A DNA stretch of 36,513 nt from Bdellovibrionales bacterium. Lineage in GTDB: Bacteria > Bdellovibrionota > Bdellovibrionia > Bdellovibrionales > UBA1609. The position numbers were made by a program, and so were the translations under genes. How positions within the stretch are numbered: position 1 is the first letter of the stretch; every line of letters begins with the position of its first letter. The stretch is from NCBI GenBank assembly GCA_050246815.1, contig JBFWVI010000032.1, forward strand, positions 1-36,513, read 5' to 3'. Shown in pieces: positions 1-9,184 of this stretch. Under the pieces are notes generated by a model. The model did not search any database. It had not been told where the DNA came from and saw only the letters and a program-made list of their open reading frames with translations.

Positions 1-30
1 TCACGAATTTTAATCTTTAACTGATCCATC

Positions 31-1455
31 TTAAGATGCCATGCCGAATAAAATTTTAAGTAACGCGATATTGTATTTGAACAGACCGGCGAACTGCTCA
101 TCGAATATGCGAATGACGGCGAAGGCCAAGATTGTCAGTGCCACGTTGACACAGCCTAAGGCGGGGCGGCTTTTGTGTTTGGCCCGAGCCATGCTGGCCA
201 GGGTCGAGGGTAGCAACAGCAGGGTTAAAAGCACGCAATATACAGCGTAATTGCTAAAGTGTGAAAGGCTTTGCGGCAGTCCCATTTTAAGGTGAGTGTC
301 TGTGTTTCGTCCCCAGATAATCAAAAAATTTCCGATACCGACAGCTACAAAAAGAGAGACGGCAATACGCCACTTGTCTGGCAAACGATTTAAGCGAGCG
401 AAGACAGGAAAGAAGAAAAACTGAAACAAGAGCTCTTTAAAATAAAAATTGTAGCGTTGAAAGAAGTCGAGGGGGGTTTTTGCAGTTAAAGGCCGATTGG
501 TGTTGAGTGGCGCGCGATAGCCGATAAACCAAACTAATCCGATAATGAAATGGCCATAAGCCGTGAAAAGAAGCAGGTTGTCGGCGAAATCGATCAAAAC
601 GCTGGTCCAAGCCTGGGAGATACTTAAGGGTTGAGGCTGACTGAGCTGCGCTAAACTTTGTTGAATGGAGTAAACAAATTCTTTATCAGGCTTGGAGTCC
701 GCGATCTGCTGCAGAAACTGGTTCAATTGAAGGCGCGTGAATTCCAAGACGGTGGCCCATAGGACCAAAGTGACAGCCTTCACTCGTTGAATAGCCAGTT
801 GATGGGGATCTTGGATTTCAATCTGGTGCCAGTAGTTTTCGCCTTTTGGAATCGGAGCGTAGAAGAAGAAACTCCAAAATGGACGGTAGTATGCCAAGTG
901 CTGGATCCATTTGAATGGTTGCTGATTGGGATTGCGTTGCAGGTCGTAGGCAAAATACCAAATAAACTTGGTCAATGAAATCAAAAATGAAGCCTGCAAG
1001 GCATAAACCCATGGGAAGATTTCAATCGTTTCTTTCGCCTGGGCAAGAGCTTGAACGCAGATGAGATAAAAGCCAGTCACCCACGCCATGCCAGTGAACG
1101 TCCAAGCCCTTTGGTTGAGAGAGGGGTGAATAAGGGCACGAACGCCCAGCAGAAAAAACAAACTCAAAAAGGAGCCCATTAAGACAGCCGTAGGTTGGTT
1201 GAGTTCGTTCAAAAAAGATGTTCGCGCATCACCACCCACGAAATGCATGTCGTAACTGAGGCCGAAGAGAGCCACAAAGCCGATAATGACCAAGCGATGT
1301 GCGGGAAAAAGAACGATGAGCGTTAATGCAAAAAAAACTTTTAATGCCAAGGCGGTGTTAATAAGTAGCAAAGCCAAACTGATGACAAGGGCCATTGGCA
1401 GTTGATGCCACTTTGCATGCAAGCGTTTGGCCGTTCGCTCAAGGAGCGAATGCAT
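31..1455 (-). CDS. MBOAT-like multi-pass membrane protein (catalytic His apparently absent)
   Basis: 474 aa, many hydrophobic helices; NRPLTAKTPLDFFQRYNFYFKELLFQFFFFPV resembles the MBOAT N-x-P...FW-x-RW...YIP segment; the downstream helix reads GNFLIIW with no His; overlaps the upstream gene by 17 nt. Confidence 0.65.
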   Translation of the reverse strand: MHSLLERTAKRLHAKWHQLPMALVISLALLLINTALALKVFFALTLIVLFPAHRLVIIGFVALFGLSYDMHFVGGDARTSFLNELNQPTAVLMGSFLSLFFLLGVRALIHPSLNQRAWTFTGMAWVTGFYLICVQALAQAKETIEIFPWVYALQASFLISLTKFIWYFAYDLQRNPNQQPFKWIQHLAYYRPFWSFFFYAPIPKGENYWHQIEIQDPHQLAIQRVKAVTLVLWATVLEFTRLQLNQFLQQIADSKPDKEFVYSIQQSLAQLSQPQPLSISQAWTSVLIDFADNLLLFTAYGHFIIGLVWFIGYRAPLNTNRPLTAKTPLDFFQRYNFYFKELLFQFFFFPVFARLNRLPDKWRIAVSLFVAVGIGNFLIIWGRNTDTHLKMGLPQSLSHFSNYAVYCVLLTLLLLPSTLASMARAKHKSRPALGCVNVALTILAFAVIRIFDEQFAGLFKYNIALLKILFGMAS

Positions 1456-2773
1456 GAATCACCGCCATGATCAAGAATGTCAGTGCGCAGCCGGCCCATC
1501 CACGGAGAGCTTGCCCTGAAGGCCATTTTTTTGCCGTTTTTAGCGAGGCATAAACGGCTAGTCCATGCAGGGTAAAAAAGACGAACTTCATCATCATGGT
1601 ACGCTCAGCGTAGAATGAGGACTCTTCATCGGAGAGCCGCAAAAAAAATGCAACTTCGTGGAGCAGAAAAGAAACCCAAAATGTGATCAGCACTGCAAAA
1701 AATGGACTTTTCAAGCGACGCAGCAGTGGAATAAAGACCATGAATTTCAAAAATTCATAGAAAGTGGTGCTCCAACGCTGCCATCTTTCATGGGGCGATG
1801 GAGCTAAGAACGGAGTTTTGAACATGGACAGCAAGTCGTAACCTAAAAAGCGAAAAGCGGCCTCGGCCGAAGAAAGGGAGGCGTAACTAAGGAAATAATA
1901 CTTCAAATAGTTAAGGCCTCCGAAAGTCACGAAGTCCTGCCAGCTGTTAAAACGAAAATCTTCGCGGTTCAGGTTTTGAAAAAGGGTCAAGGTGATTACC
2001 ATGTAAAGCAGAATCAAGGCCAGGATCTCAAGTCCTTTTAAGACTTCCTCCCAATGGAGTGGGCTTAATTTGAACATGGACGTGGGTAGACAGATATTGG
2101 TCAGCAGTTGTGCTGGAGAGAAGGCGTAGGACAAAAATAAAGAGGAATTGGGTGCGAAAGCGGCGCTGTTGGCACGCACTTCGGCCGCATAAAGCCAAAG
2201 TATCATGAAGAAGCGGGGCTGATTAGTGAAGTAATTCACCTGCTGTAAAAATCCAAAGTCGGCAAGTCCTTGAGCAATCACAATACCCAGCGGCAAACAG
2301 GCGATCATCAGCCAGAAGCTAAGCCTAGTTTGGCGCCGTAAATGGTAGTAAAATCCCAAGGCCGGCAAAACACCGGTCAACACAATCGCCAGCGCGGCTG
2401 ATGAGTCCATGGCCTGGCTGGCGGTAAGCAAGGTTGCTATTGAGGTCACGAGGGCCGCAGTTTCAAAGGTTCGTCGCCATCGCGGCAACCATAAGATAAG
2501 ACCGCCAGCCACTAAAACCCACCCCATGGCAATGGGCCCGCGAAAAATCATGCGCGTCAAAAAATCAAGAGGCGTCCAATCCACCGAGAATAAATGAACT
2601 TTTGGGGGCGTCCAAAACCAAATTAGAAAAAAGCCCACAAGAATGAGAAAAGAGGAAAAGGCCCGGCTTAATATCGCGGAATCATGAATACCCTGCGCCA
2701 GTCGTCGCCTTTTTGCGGACCAGCGCACTTCGATTTTTTGTGCCAACCAGTCCGGGCTCCATACTTGCAACAC
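1439..2773 (-). CDS. MBOAT family membrane-bound O-acyltransferase
   Basis: Multi-TM protein with FKTPFLAPSPHERWQRWSTTFYEFLKFMVFIPL followed by ITFWVSFLLHE (conserved His); start codon uncertain. Confidence 0.75.
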   Translation of the reverse strand: MLQVWSPDWLAQKIEVRWSAKRRRLAQGIHDSAILSRAFSSFLILVGFFLIWFWTPPKVHLFSVDWTPLDFLTRMIFRGPIAMGWVLVAGGLILWLPRWRRTFETAALVTSIATLLTASQAMDSSAALAIVLTGVLPALGFYYHLRRQTRLSFWLMIACLPLGIVIAQGLADFGFLQQVNYFTNQPRFFMILWLYAAEVRANSAAFAPNSSLFLSYAFSPAQLLTNICLPTSMFKLSPLHWEEVLKGLEILALILLYMVITLTLFQNLNREDFRFNSWQDFVTFGGLNYLKYYFLSYASLSSAEAAFRFLGYDLLSMFKTPFLAPSPHERWQRWSTTFYEFLKFMVFIPLLRRLKSPFFAVLITFWVSFLLHEVAFFLRLSDEESSFYAERTMMMKFVFFTLHGLAVYASLKTAKKWPSGQALRGWAGCALTFLIMAVIHAFAP

Positions 2774-2791
2774 GCAGAAATCCTTTGCTGG

Positions 2792-3157
2792 TCAACGGGT
2801 CGGATAGCGGCTTTCAGTTGTGCAGGTTTCAGCGACGATGACCTGATAGAGACCCTTCAGCTGATTGTTGAGCTTTTCAAAAATCCATTTAGATAAAACT
2901 TCGGACGTGGGATTTTCAAGTCCTTTGATTTCATTCAGATAATGGTGATCCAATTGGTCGATGAGTGGTTGGGCTGCTTTTTTTATGTCCGTGTAATCCA
3001 TCACCCAGCCCGTTTTGTCATCCAGGGTGCCCCGCACCACCAAAGTGACACGAAAGCTGTGGCCATGCAGGCGGCCGCATTTATGACCAGCCGGTACGTT
3101 GGGTAACAGATGGGCGGCTTCTAAGGTGAGGGTTTTTCTGAGTTCGTATTCGCTCAT
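2792..3157 (-). CDS. queD: 6-carboxytetrahydropterin synthase QueD
   Basis: EAAHLLP, KCGRLHGHSF, LDHHYLN, ENPTSE and ET motifs; 121 aa. Confidence 0.95.
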   Translation of the reverse strand: MSEYELRKTLTLEAAHLLPNVPAGHKCGRLHGHSFRVTLVVRGTLDDKTGWVMDYTDIKKAAQPLIDQLDHHYLNEIKGLENPTSEVLSKWIFEKLNNQLKGLYQVIVAETCTTESRYPTR

Positions 3158-3282
3158 ATCAAAATTATTCTAAAACAGAAGGGCAGCATGTCCAAGAGAA
3201 AGCTCTGCCAACGTCCAGCCTTTTGTTCAGTCATTGGAGGGCTAGGCCGCGATTGTTACTCTAAAGGACGAAAGAGGTGCGC

Positions 3283-4155
3283 ATGAAAAGGTTTATGCTG
3301 GCGTGTTGGGTGGTGGTCAGTGGGGCGCATGCAGACCCGGCAAAACTTAATCCTGAATGGGGCTCATCGATCGGCTCTTGTAACACCAAGGATTCAAAAG
3401 GAAAAGTTTGGATTTTCAAGCAATGGCATTTGGGACCGCAGGTCAAGACTATCGATTTGATTGCCGCGCAAAATCTGCCCCAGGCGCCCAACCAGCGGGC
3501 GCTCTATAGTCAATTGGCCGAATGGATTCAGAGCGGGCAGTTAAGAACTGTGCTGGCCGAAGGGTGCGAGGGTGTGATTGACGAAAAGTTCACGGAAACC
3601 TACAACGGCTGGAATTTGCAGCTATTGAAGGCAAAATCCCAAGAGGGCGGCTATGACCAGGTGATCACTCATATCCCCTTGAAGCTAGAAGCGCATTTCG
3701 GAGCGCGAGTGGACACTTTGTGCGGCGACAGTCAAAAATTGGTACAAAAACATAGCCTTTTGTTTTCAGATATGCGCGGGCTGATTGGATTCAAAACAAG
3801 GCTTGAGCAATATAAAAATGATCCAGAAAAAGTAAAACCATATTTAGACTCCTTTATTGAAATCAACAATTTGCCGGTAAAAACGAATGTAAAACAAGCT
3901 ATCGCGAAAGTGCGCGGAAAGTTGAAAAATAAAATGACCGAACTTAAAGAAATTTTTGGATTGCGCAATCAGACTTTCGTTCAGGCAATCCAGAAAAGTG
4001 GTGCCCTTGAGGTCGCCTTGGTTGTCGGCGGGCTGCATGCCGCAGATCTGAAGCAACGTTTGCAAAAAGCGCTGTATGATTGCGAGGTTGTAGAGCCAAA
4101 AGGATACAATTCTGAGGATGAAAAACTGATCGAGCTGCTTGAGAAGCAAATCTAA
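3283..4155 (+). CDS. Secreted protein, probable TraB/GumN/TIKI superfamily
   Basis: Signal peptide MKRFMLACWVVVSGAHA; ordered motifs QWH, VLAEG, RNQTFV, VVGGLH; ATG 3283 after AAAGAGG (ORF track starts at GTG 3277). Confidence 0.6.
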   Translation: MKRFMLACWVVVSGAHADPAKLNPEWGSSIGSCNTKDSKGKVWIFKQWHLGPQVKTIDLIAAQNLPQAPNQRALYSQLAEWIQSGQLRTVLAEGCEGVIDEKFTETYNGWNLQLLKAKSQEGGYDQVITHIPLKLEAHFGARVDTLCGDSQKLVQKHSLLFSDMRGLIGFKTRLEQYKNDPEKVKPYLDSFIEINNLPVKTNVKQAIAKVRGKLKNKMTELKEIFGLRNQTFVQAIQKSGALEVALVVGGLHAADLKQRLQKALYDCEVVEPKGYNSEDEKLIELLEKQI

Positions 4156-4230
4156 TTTTGGCGCAAGCCTTTGGGCCAGGTCCAGAGTCTAATCGGCCAT
4201 ACAAACAGGTTCACTTTCAGTCGACAAAGT

Positions 4231-4238
4231 GCCGAAAA
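4231..4238 (+). promoter_or_regulatory. Possible sigma-28 (FliA)-type -10 box GCCGAAAA
   Basis: Lies 7 nt before GTG 4246; similar boxes precede the next two genes; no convincing -35. Confidence 0.35.
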
Positions 4239-4245
4239 GATCTAT

Positions 4246-6084
4246 GTGAAATGGCAATTTGCACATCGTAAATTTCGTGTTCCCATCGCTGTCAAATTGA
4301 TCGGCCTAACTGCAGGCCTACTCTTTGCCGTGACTGTGATGATCGCTTTACAAAGCTCGGAGTACTTCGAAAAGGAAGTACGTGAAACCCATGAGCAATC
4401 CAACGATCGTCAGGCTGAAAATCGTGCCACGCAAGTGGAAGCCATTTTGACCAGTTATCTGGATAAGGTGCGGGTCGTGGCGGCCTTGATGAGCAAGAAC
4501 TACACCTCGGAAGACGAACGGAACGAAGCCATGCAGTTGGCCTTCTTTGGTGATCGGGATCTGATTTCAGTTGAGATTTTGACCTTGATGGACAACCGCG
4601 AAGAGAGCACCGGACGTATCATTAACAGCAAGCTTTTGGCCGGTGAAAATCAGAGCATGGACTTTATTGAGACCATCCGCCAAGTGAAGCCCTTTCCGAC
4701 CAAGACGATTTTTGCCGGCGAGGTCGTGTTTATCAATTCCAGCGTGCCCAATGGTATCCCCATGCTGACCGTGGGCTTGCCTTTTGTGAAAGATGAATAT
4801 GATCAAGTCAGTCACATCGCGGTGGCCAATATACGTTTAGAGCGCATTCAAAAAGCTTTCAGCGGTCTACAGGCTGCGGAGATTTTTTTGGTCGATCAAA
4901 ATGGTGCGGTGATCGCGCATCCAGATGATCAATACACGATGAATGCAACCCAATTGAACAAAAACCCCTTGGTTGATCGTGTGGTTAAATCAAAAACTCG
5001 CGTGAATCAGATGCGTTCCTATGTGAATCCTTATGACAACAAGAGTTATTATGGTTTTGCGAACCGCACAGAATACGGTGTTTCTGTGGTGGCGCAAGTG
5101 CCAGAAGAAATTATTCTTGAGCCTGCGCGATTGATTCGCCGTAAAGCATTTCATACAGGGGGCCTGGTCTTGTCGGCCGCGCTGTTCTTGATCTTTTTGT
5201 TTTCGATCACGATTACAACACCGATTGAGCGGTTGCACGATTTGACTCAAGAGATTGCGCAGGGAAATTTTGATGTCAACGCTCAGGCGCAGATCACCTC
5301 ACGCGATGAGGTGGGCGATTTGGCAGCGTCATTTGACAAGATGACGTCGGGCTTGAAAGCTTTGGTGAAAACTCAAGGCGCCGATGTCGCTCAGACCTTG
5401 ATGGATTCGGATTTGGAAAAATTAGGTGGCACTAAAAAGCAGGTGGCGGTTTTATTCAGTGATTTGCGCGATTTCACCAAGTTCAGCGAAGGCCATGCAC
5501 CCGAAGAGGTGGTGGAAATGTTGAATGAGTACTTTGAGATCATGGTGGGTTGCATTGAAAAAAATCAAGGCCGAGTCAACAAATTCATCGGTGACGCCAT
5601 TATGGCGATGTGGGGTGCACCGAACTCAACAGGCAACGATGAAGTGCTTTCGGTGCAAGCCGCTCTGGACATGCGGATTGAACTGAATAAATTGAATGAG
5701 CTGCGCATCAGTCGTGGTCAGCCGCCGATCAAAATCGGTGTGGGTTTGCACTGTGGTGCCGCTGTGGCGGGCACTATCGGTTCACGTTCGCGCTTGGAAT
5801 ACACAATCATCGGCGATGCGGTGAACCAAGCATCGCGGATCGAAGCTTCAACCAAAGCTTTTGGAGTGGATATTCTTTTAAGTCATGAAATAATGCAGAA
5901 GGTGGATCTTAATTTTTCCACATCTTATGCTGGTTCCGCCGAAGTCAAAGGCAAGGCGGAACCTTTGAAATTCTTCGAGTTGGTTGGTTATAAAGACGAA
6001 GCCGGCCAAGTGGTCGAAGTGCAAACACCTTATAGCCGCTTCGAGGCGCAAGACGCCGACAAAGTCAAAAAGACCGCCGCATAA
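4246..6084 (+). CDS. Class III adenylate cyclase with TM-Cache-TM-HAMP input
   Basis: VLFSDLRDFT, NKFIGDAIM (Lys indicates ATP specificity), EYTIIGDAVNQASRIE, VKGK; HAMP ITTPIERL...SRDEVGDLAASFDKM; two TM helices; in-frame GTG 4246 preferred over TTG 4171. Confidence 0.92.
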   Translation: MKWQFAHRKFRVPIAVKLIGLTAGLLFAVTVMIALQSSEYFEKEVRETHEQSNDRQAENRATQVEAILTSYLDKVRVVAALMSKNYTSEDERNEAMQLAFFGDRDLISVEILTLMDNREESTGRIINSKLLAGENQSMDFIETIRQVKPFPTKTIFAGEVVFINSSVPNGIPMLTVGLPFVKDEYDQVSHIAVANIRLERIQKAFSGLQAAEIFLVDQNGAVIAHPDDQYTMNATQLNKNPLVDRVVKSKTRVNQMRSYVNPYDNKSYYGFANRTEYGVSVVAQVPEEIILEPARLIRRKAFHTGGLVLSAALFLIFLFSITITTPIERLHDLTQEIAQGNFDVNAQAQITSRDEVGDLAASFDKMTSGLKALVKTQGADVAQTLMDSDLEKLGGTKKQVAVLFSDLRDFTKFSEGHAPEEVVEMLNEYFEIMVGCIEKNQGRVNKFIGDAIMAMWGAPNSTGNDEVLSVQAALDMRIELNKLNELRISRGQPPIKIGVGLHCGAAVAGTIGSRSRLEYTIIGDAVNQASRIEASTKAFGVDILLSHEIMQKVDLNFSTSYAGSAEVKGKAEPLKFFELVGYKDEAGQVVEVQTPYSRFEAQDADKVKKTAA

Positions 6085-6117
6085 ATTAACATACAATTTT
6101 ATTTGTGTTTTAGCGGT

Positions 6118-8172
6118 CTATTCGACTTTGATTTTCTTCATCTTCGGAGCACTGACGTCACTCATAGCAGGGACCACCAAAGGGCGTGCTATTGAGGCTA
6201 CCCCGCGTCTTCCAGCTTGGTCCACGCCACGCACATCGATGGTGTAATCACCAGGCAGTAGTTTGACCAAAGTGTGCTTGCTGCCCATAACTTTCTCTTC
6301 GCGGATCACTTGGCCGTCTTTGCCTTTGACTTCAATGTAGTATTCCTTAGCACCTTCGACATTGGTCCAAACCAATTCTATTTTACCGTTGCGTTGGGCT
6401 TTCAAAGGATCAGGCATTTGCGATGCCAGAAGTGGGGCCTCAAGAAGTGGCGCGACTTTTAAGGTCACAGAGCGTTCATTGGACTTGGCGATCACCAAGC
6501 CTGCGCGATTGACGGCTTCGACACTGGCGATGTAACGCCCTTCGCTGGCCACCAGAGTTTTAAATTGCGCCTGCTTGGCCTCAGCGGTTTGTGCCAAGGC
6601 TTCTGGTTTGGCTTCGCGCCAAGAGACGCGGTAACTTGCAGTTTCTTTCGGGCCGGGTTTCCAGGCCGTGGTCAATTCTGGCTGTTCGCCATAATAAAAT
6701 TGAATGGAGTCACTTTCGCTATTCAGCCATTCCAATTTTGTCAGTTCTGAGACTTTGAATTGACGTTTAGCGGTGGTTTTCAGTTCTTTTTGTTCGCCAT
6801 CAAAAGAAGCCACACTCCATTCATATTCACCTGGAGTCAGATCTTTAAATAGAGCTTGGGTCAGTGGGCTTGGTGTGGCCGGGATCACTTGCTCGGGCTT
6901 TGGACTGTTTAGAGCCTTCAACTTCAATTGATAGCCTTGAGCTCCTTGAGCGGATTGCCAGCGGAAGTTGACACCTTGGGTGGTGACGTCGATGAACGCG
7001 AGGCTGGCATTTGCGGCCGGCGAGAGAAGGGCCGGCGGAGCGAACTCGTTGGGGGCCTGAAGTTTAAATTTGAAAACAGGGCCAGGAACAGGCTCTTTGG
7101 ATTCGGGAAGGTAACCGGTCAGACGCCAAAAATAAGTTTTATTATTTTTTAAAGAAACTTCCATAAAGTCCAAGTCGTTGCTTTTTAGAATTTGCGGATT
7201 AGTTTTCAGGTCGGCGGATTCTGCCAACTCCACAACGATGTCGACCAGCTGTCCGGGATTCGCCCAACGTAAAGCTACTTTTTGTTCAATAGCTGGATTG
7301 GTCAAATTGGCATCATTGGTCGGAGCAAGTGCGATTGGGGCGCGTTTAGGTAAAACACGAAGGCGATACACGCTTGAAACCACCGGTGCGGATTTGCCAT
7401 CTTTGGGCTTGGCGATCACACGCCAGAAGTAATCACCAGGCGCAAGAAAGGCAGAAGCCTGGTTGCCTGTGCTTTGATTGATGTTGAGCGGGGCCATGGT
7501 CGTGCGAGATTTGCCCGCCTCTAAAATCACGTCATGCGCTTGTTCGAGTTCTTTCCATTTGAAGTTTACAGGATCTTTGCCGTCGGGTAAAACATGCACC
7601 ATGCTGTTCGGCAGGGGACCCAAGACGACAAAGCTATCTTTGACCTGTTGGAAATCCGTGCCCTGAACATTGGGCTCACCTTTGAACACTTGCAGTTGCA
7701 CGGCACCGCCGTCGCCTTTGCCCAAACTCAACTCGGCGCCATTGACGCCAATCTGGTTGTTGCCGCTTTTGAGCTGAAGTTTTTCTGAAACGCCGCCCTT
7801 GACGTGCATAAAGCCCTTCATGAATTCGAGGGACAATTTGCCGCCATCTTCGCCAATCATAATCAAGGTGTCGGGCTCTAAGCTGATTTCGGTGCCGGTC
7901 TGCGGAAACAAAATTCGAGCTTGCGAGCTTTCGGTGGTGCGGATCATTTCTCCGGCATAGACCGATTCATTGTTGCTTAAGCCGCGCCAAACTAATCGTT
8001 TGAGAGGCTTTTTTTGTACTTCATTGATCACTTCAAGCAACTGCGCCACTGGCATGCGGTTGCCGTAATCGATCGTGAATTTTGTGGTGCTTTGATACCA
8101 GATCTGCGTGATCAGCGCGCAGCTGATTGAAATGACTAAGCTGATGATAAGGCGTTTGGCGTTTCTTTGCAT
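6118..8172 (-). CDS. FecR-domain membrane protein with C-terminal FnIII/Ig-like repeats
   Basis: N-terminal TM; VYAGEMIRTTESSQARILFPQTGTEISLEPDTLI is FecR-like; repeated P-x-L-x-x-P...F-x-W...Y-x-W-x-V beta-sandwich units; GGAGG 5 nt before ATG 8172. Confidence 0.8.
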   Translation of the reverse strand: MQRNAKRLIISLVISISCALITQIWYQSTTKFTIDYGNRMPVAQLLEVINEVQKKPLKRLVWRGLSNNESVYAGEMIRTTESSQARILFPQTGTEISLEPDTLIMIGEDGGKLSLEFMKGFMHVKGGVSEKLQLKSGNNQIGVNGAELSLGKGDGGAVQLQVFKGEPNVQGTDFQQVKDSFVVLGPLPNSMVHVLPDGKDPVNFKWKELEQAHDVILEAGKSRTTMAPLNINQSTGNQASAFLAPGDYFWRVIAKPKDGKSAPVVSSVYRLRVLPKRAPIALAPTNDANLTNPAIEQKVALRWANPGQLVDIVVELAESADLKTNPQILKSNDLDFMEVSLKNNKTYFWRLTGYLPESKEPVPGPVFKFKLQAPNEFAPPALLSPAANASLAFIDVTTQGVNFRWQSAQGAQGYQLKLKALNSPKPEQVIPATPSPLTQALFKDLTPGEYEWSVASFDGEQKELKTTAKRQFKVSELTKLEWLNSESDSIQFYYGEQPELTTAWKPGPKETASYRVSWREAKPEALAQTAEAKQAQFKTLVASEGRYIASVEAVNRAGLVIAKSNERSVTLKVAPLLEAPLLASQMPDPLKAQRNGKIELVWTNVEGAKEYYIEVKGKDGQVIREEKVMGSKHTLVKLLPGDYTIDVRGVDQAGRRGVASIARPLVVPAMSDVSAPKMKKIKVE

Positions 8173-8189
8173 GAAAGCCTCCACCTTAT

Positions 8190-8213
8190 TTTTCGGATTA
8201 AAATCAATTTTGA
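8190..8213 (-). promoter_or_regulatory. Putative sigma-28-like promoter TCAA-N12-TCCGAAAA
   Basis: Read directly on the minus strand upstream of the FecR gene RBS; same geometry as 9185-9208. Confidence 0.45.
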
Positions 8214-8237
8214 TGAATGATTACAAAAAGTTAAACT

Positions 8238-8316
8238 GAAAAACTGGACTCGTGGCTTAACCTTTGAGGGGCGGCTTAGCCGCTGGACTTAGGGCGTGGG
8301 GTCGCGCCAGTTTTTC
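8238..8316. repeat. 79-bp element with perfect 10-bp terminal inverted repeats and an internal hairpin
   Basis: GAAAAACTGG (8238-8247) / CCAGTTTTTC (8307-8316); internal GCGGC-TTA-GCCGC at 8271-8283. Confidence 0.5.
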
Positions 8317-8338
8317 CCCAGGCTTAAAGAACAAGATT

Positions 8339-9175
8339 TTAAGCGGCTTTGAGGGCTCGTTTTCGGCGTGATTGACCACCCATGCCCAGGCGCTGGGCCG
8401 GGACACCGCCCCAGGTTTCGCCATCTGGGATCACGGTTTTAGGCAGCACCACCGAGTTGGGCAGAATTTTAGCGCCCTCGCCGATTTTCACTCCGCCCAT
8501 GATGGTGGCACGCAGGCCAATTGTGGCATAGTCGCCGATTTTGACCGGTGCAAGGACAAGAAAACCACCCTGTCCATAATGGCCTACGATGGTGCAAGAG
8601 CCGCCAAGGGTTACTTTTTTGCCCAGTGTGATCAATGAGGGATCTGATATGTGGGTGGAGTTGATAATGGTACCCTCTCCAATAGTCATGCCCATCAGGC
8701 GATAAAACATTAAATTGAAGGGCGTGGGTGTGACAAACTCCAAAAATGAGTAGCGTACAATATAAGTCGCGCCATTGTGGATATACCAACGAATTGAAGC
8801 GAGTGAATAATAGGGGCCACGCCAGGGCGTCAAACGACAGCCGAGCATCCAATTGGTGAGGGGCACGATCAATAAAATCGAAAAACCGTACAGCAAATAG
8901 GAGCCGCCAACGGCCGCGCCGAAGGTCCACAACTTTAAAACCAAAGGAAGGCTTTCATTGACGGAGCGAACCCAAGATATCAAGAGCAGGCCAGGGATCA
9001 CAGCTGTGCCGACAATCAGGCAGCCAACGCTATAGAGAGGCAAAAGCAGAAGGGCGTGGGTGAAGGTTTTAAATCGTCTCAGCAGAGTTTCGCTTAAACC
9101 AGCTAGACCAGCTCGCGGACTGTGCGCGGCGTTGACGTCCATTCTCTCATTTTGAGACGATCGCCTTTTTTTCAC
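8339..9175 (-). CDS. Membrane-anchored hexapeptide-repeat (LbH) acyltransferase
   Basis: Two N-terminal hydrophobic helices; IGEGTII, LGKKVTLG, IGDYATIG, IGEGAKIL repeats and WGGVPA; alternative ATG at 9142. Confidence 0.85.
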   Translation of the reverse strand: MKKRRSSQNERMDVNAAHSPRAGLAGLSETLLRRFKTFTHALLLLPLYSVGCLIVGTAVIPGLLLISWVRSVNESLPLVLKLWTFGAAVGGSYLLYGFSILLIVPLTNWMLGCRLTPWRGPYYSLASIRWYIHNGATYIVRYSFLEFVTPTPFNLMFYRLMGMTIGEGTIINSTHISDPSLITLGKKVTLGGSCTIVGHYGQGGFLVLAPVKIGDYATIGLRATIMGGVKIGEGAKILPNSVVLPKTVIPDGETWGGVPAQRLGMGGQSRRKRALKAA

Positions 9176-9184
9176 CTTACTGCA

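Noticed and set aside
8238..8316. tRNA interpretation of the 79-bp structured element
   Set aside because: No T-loop (TTCRA) or D-loop consensus on either strand
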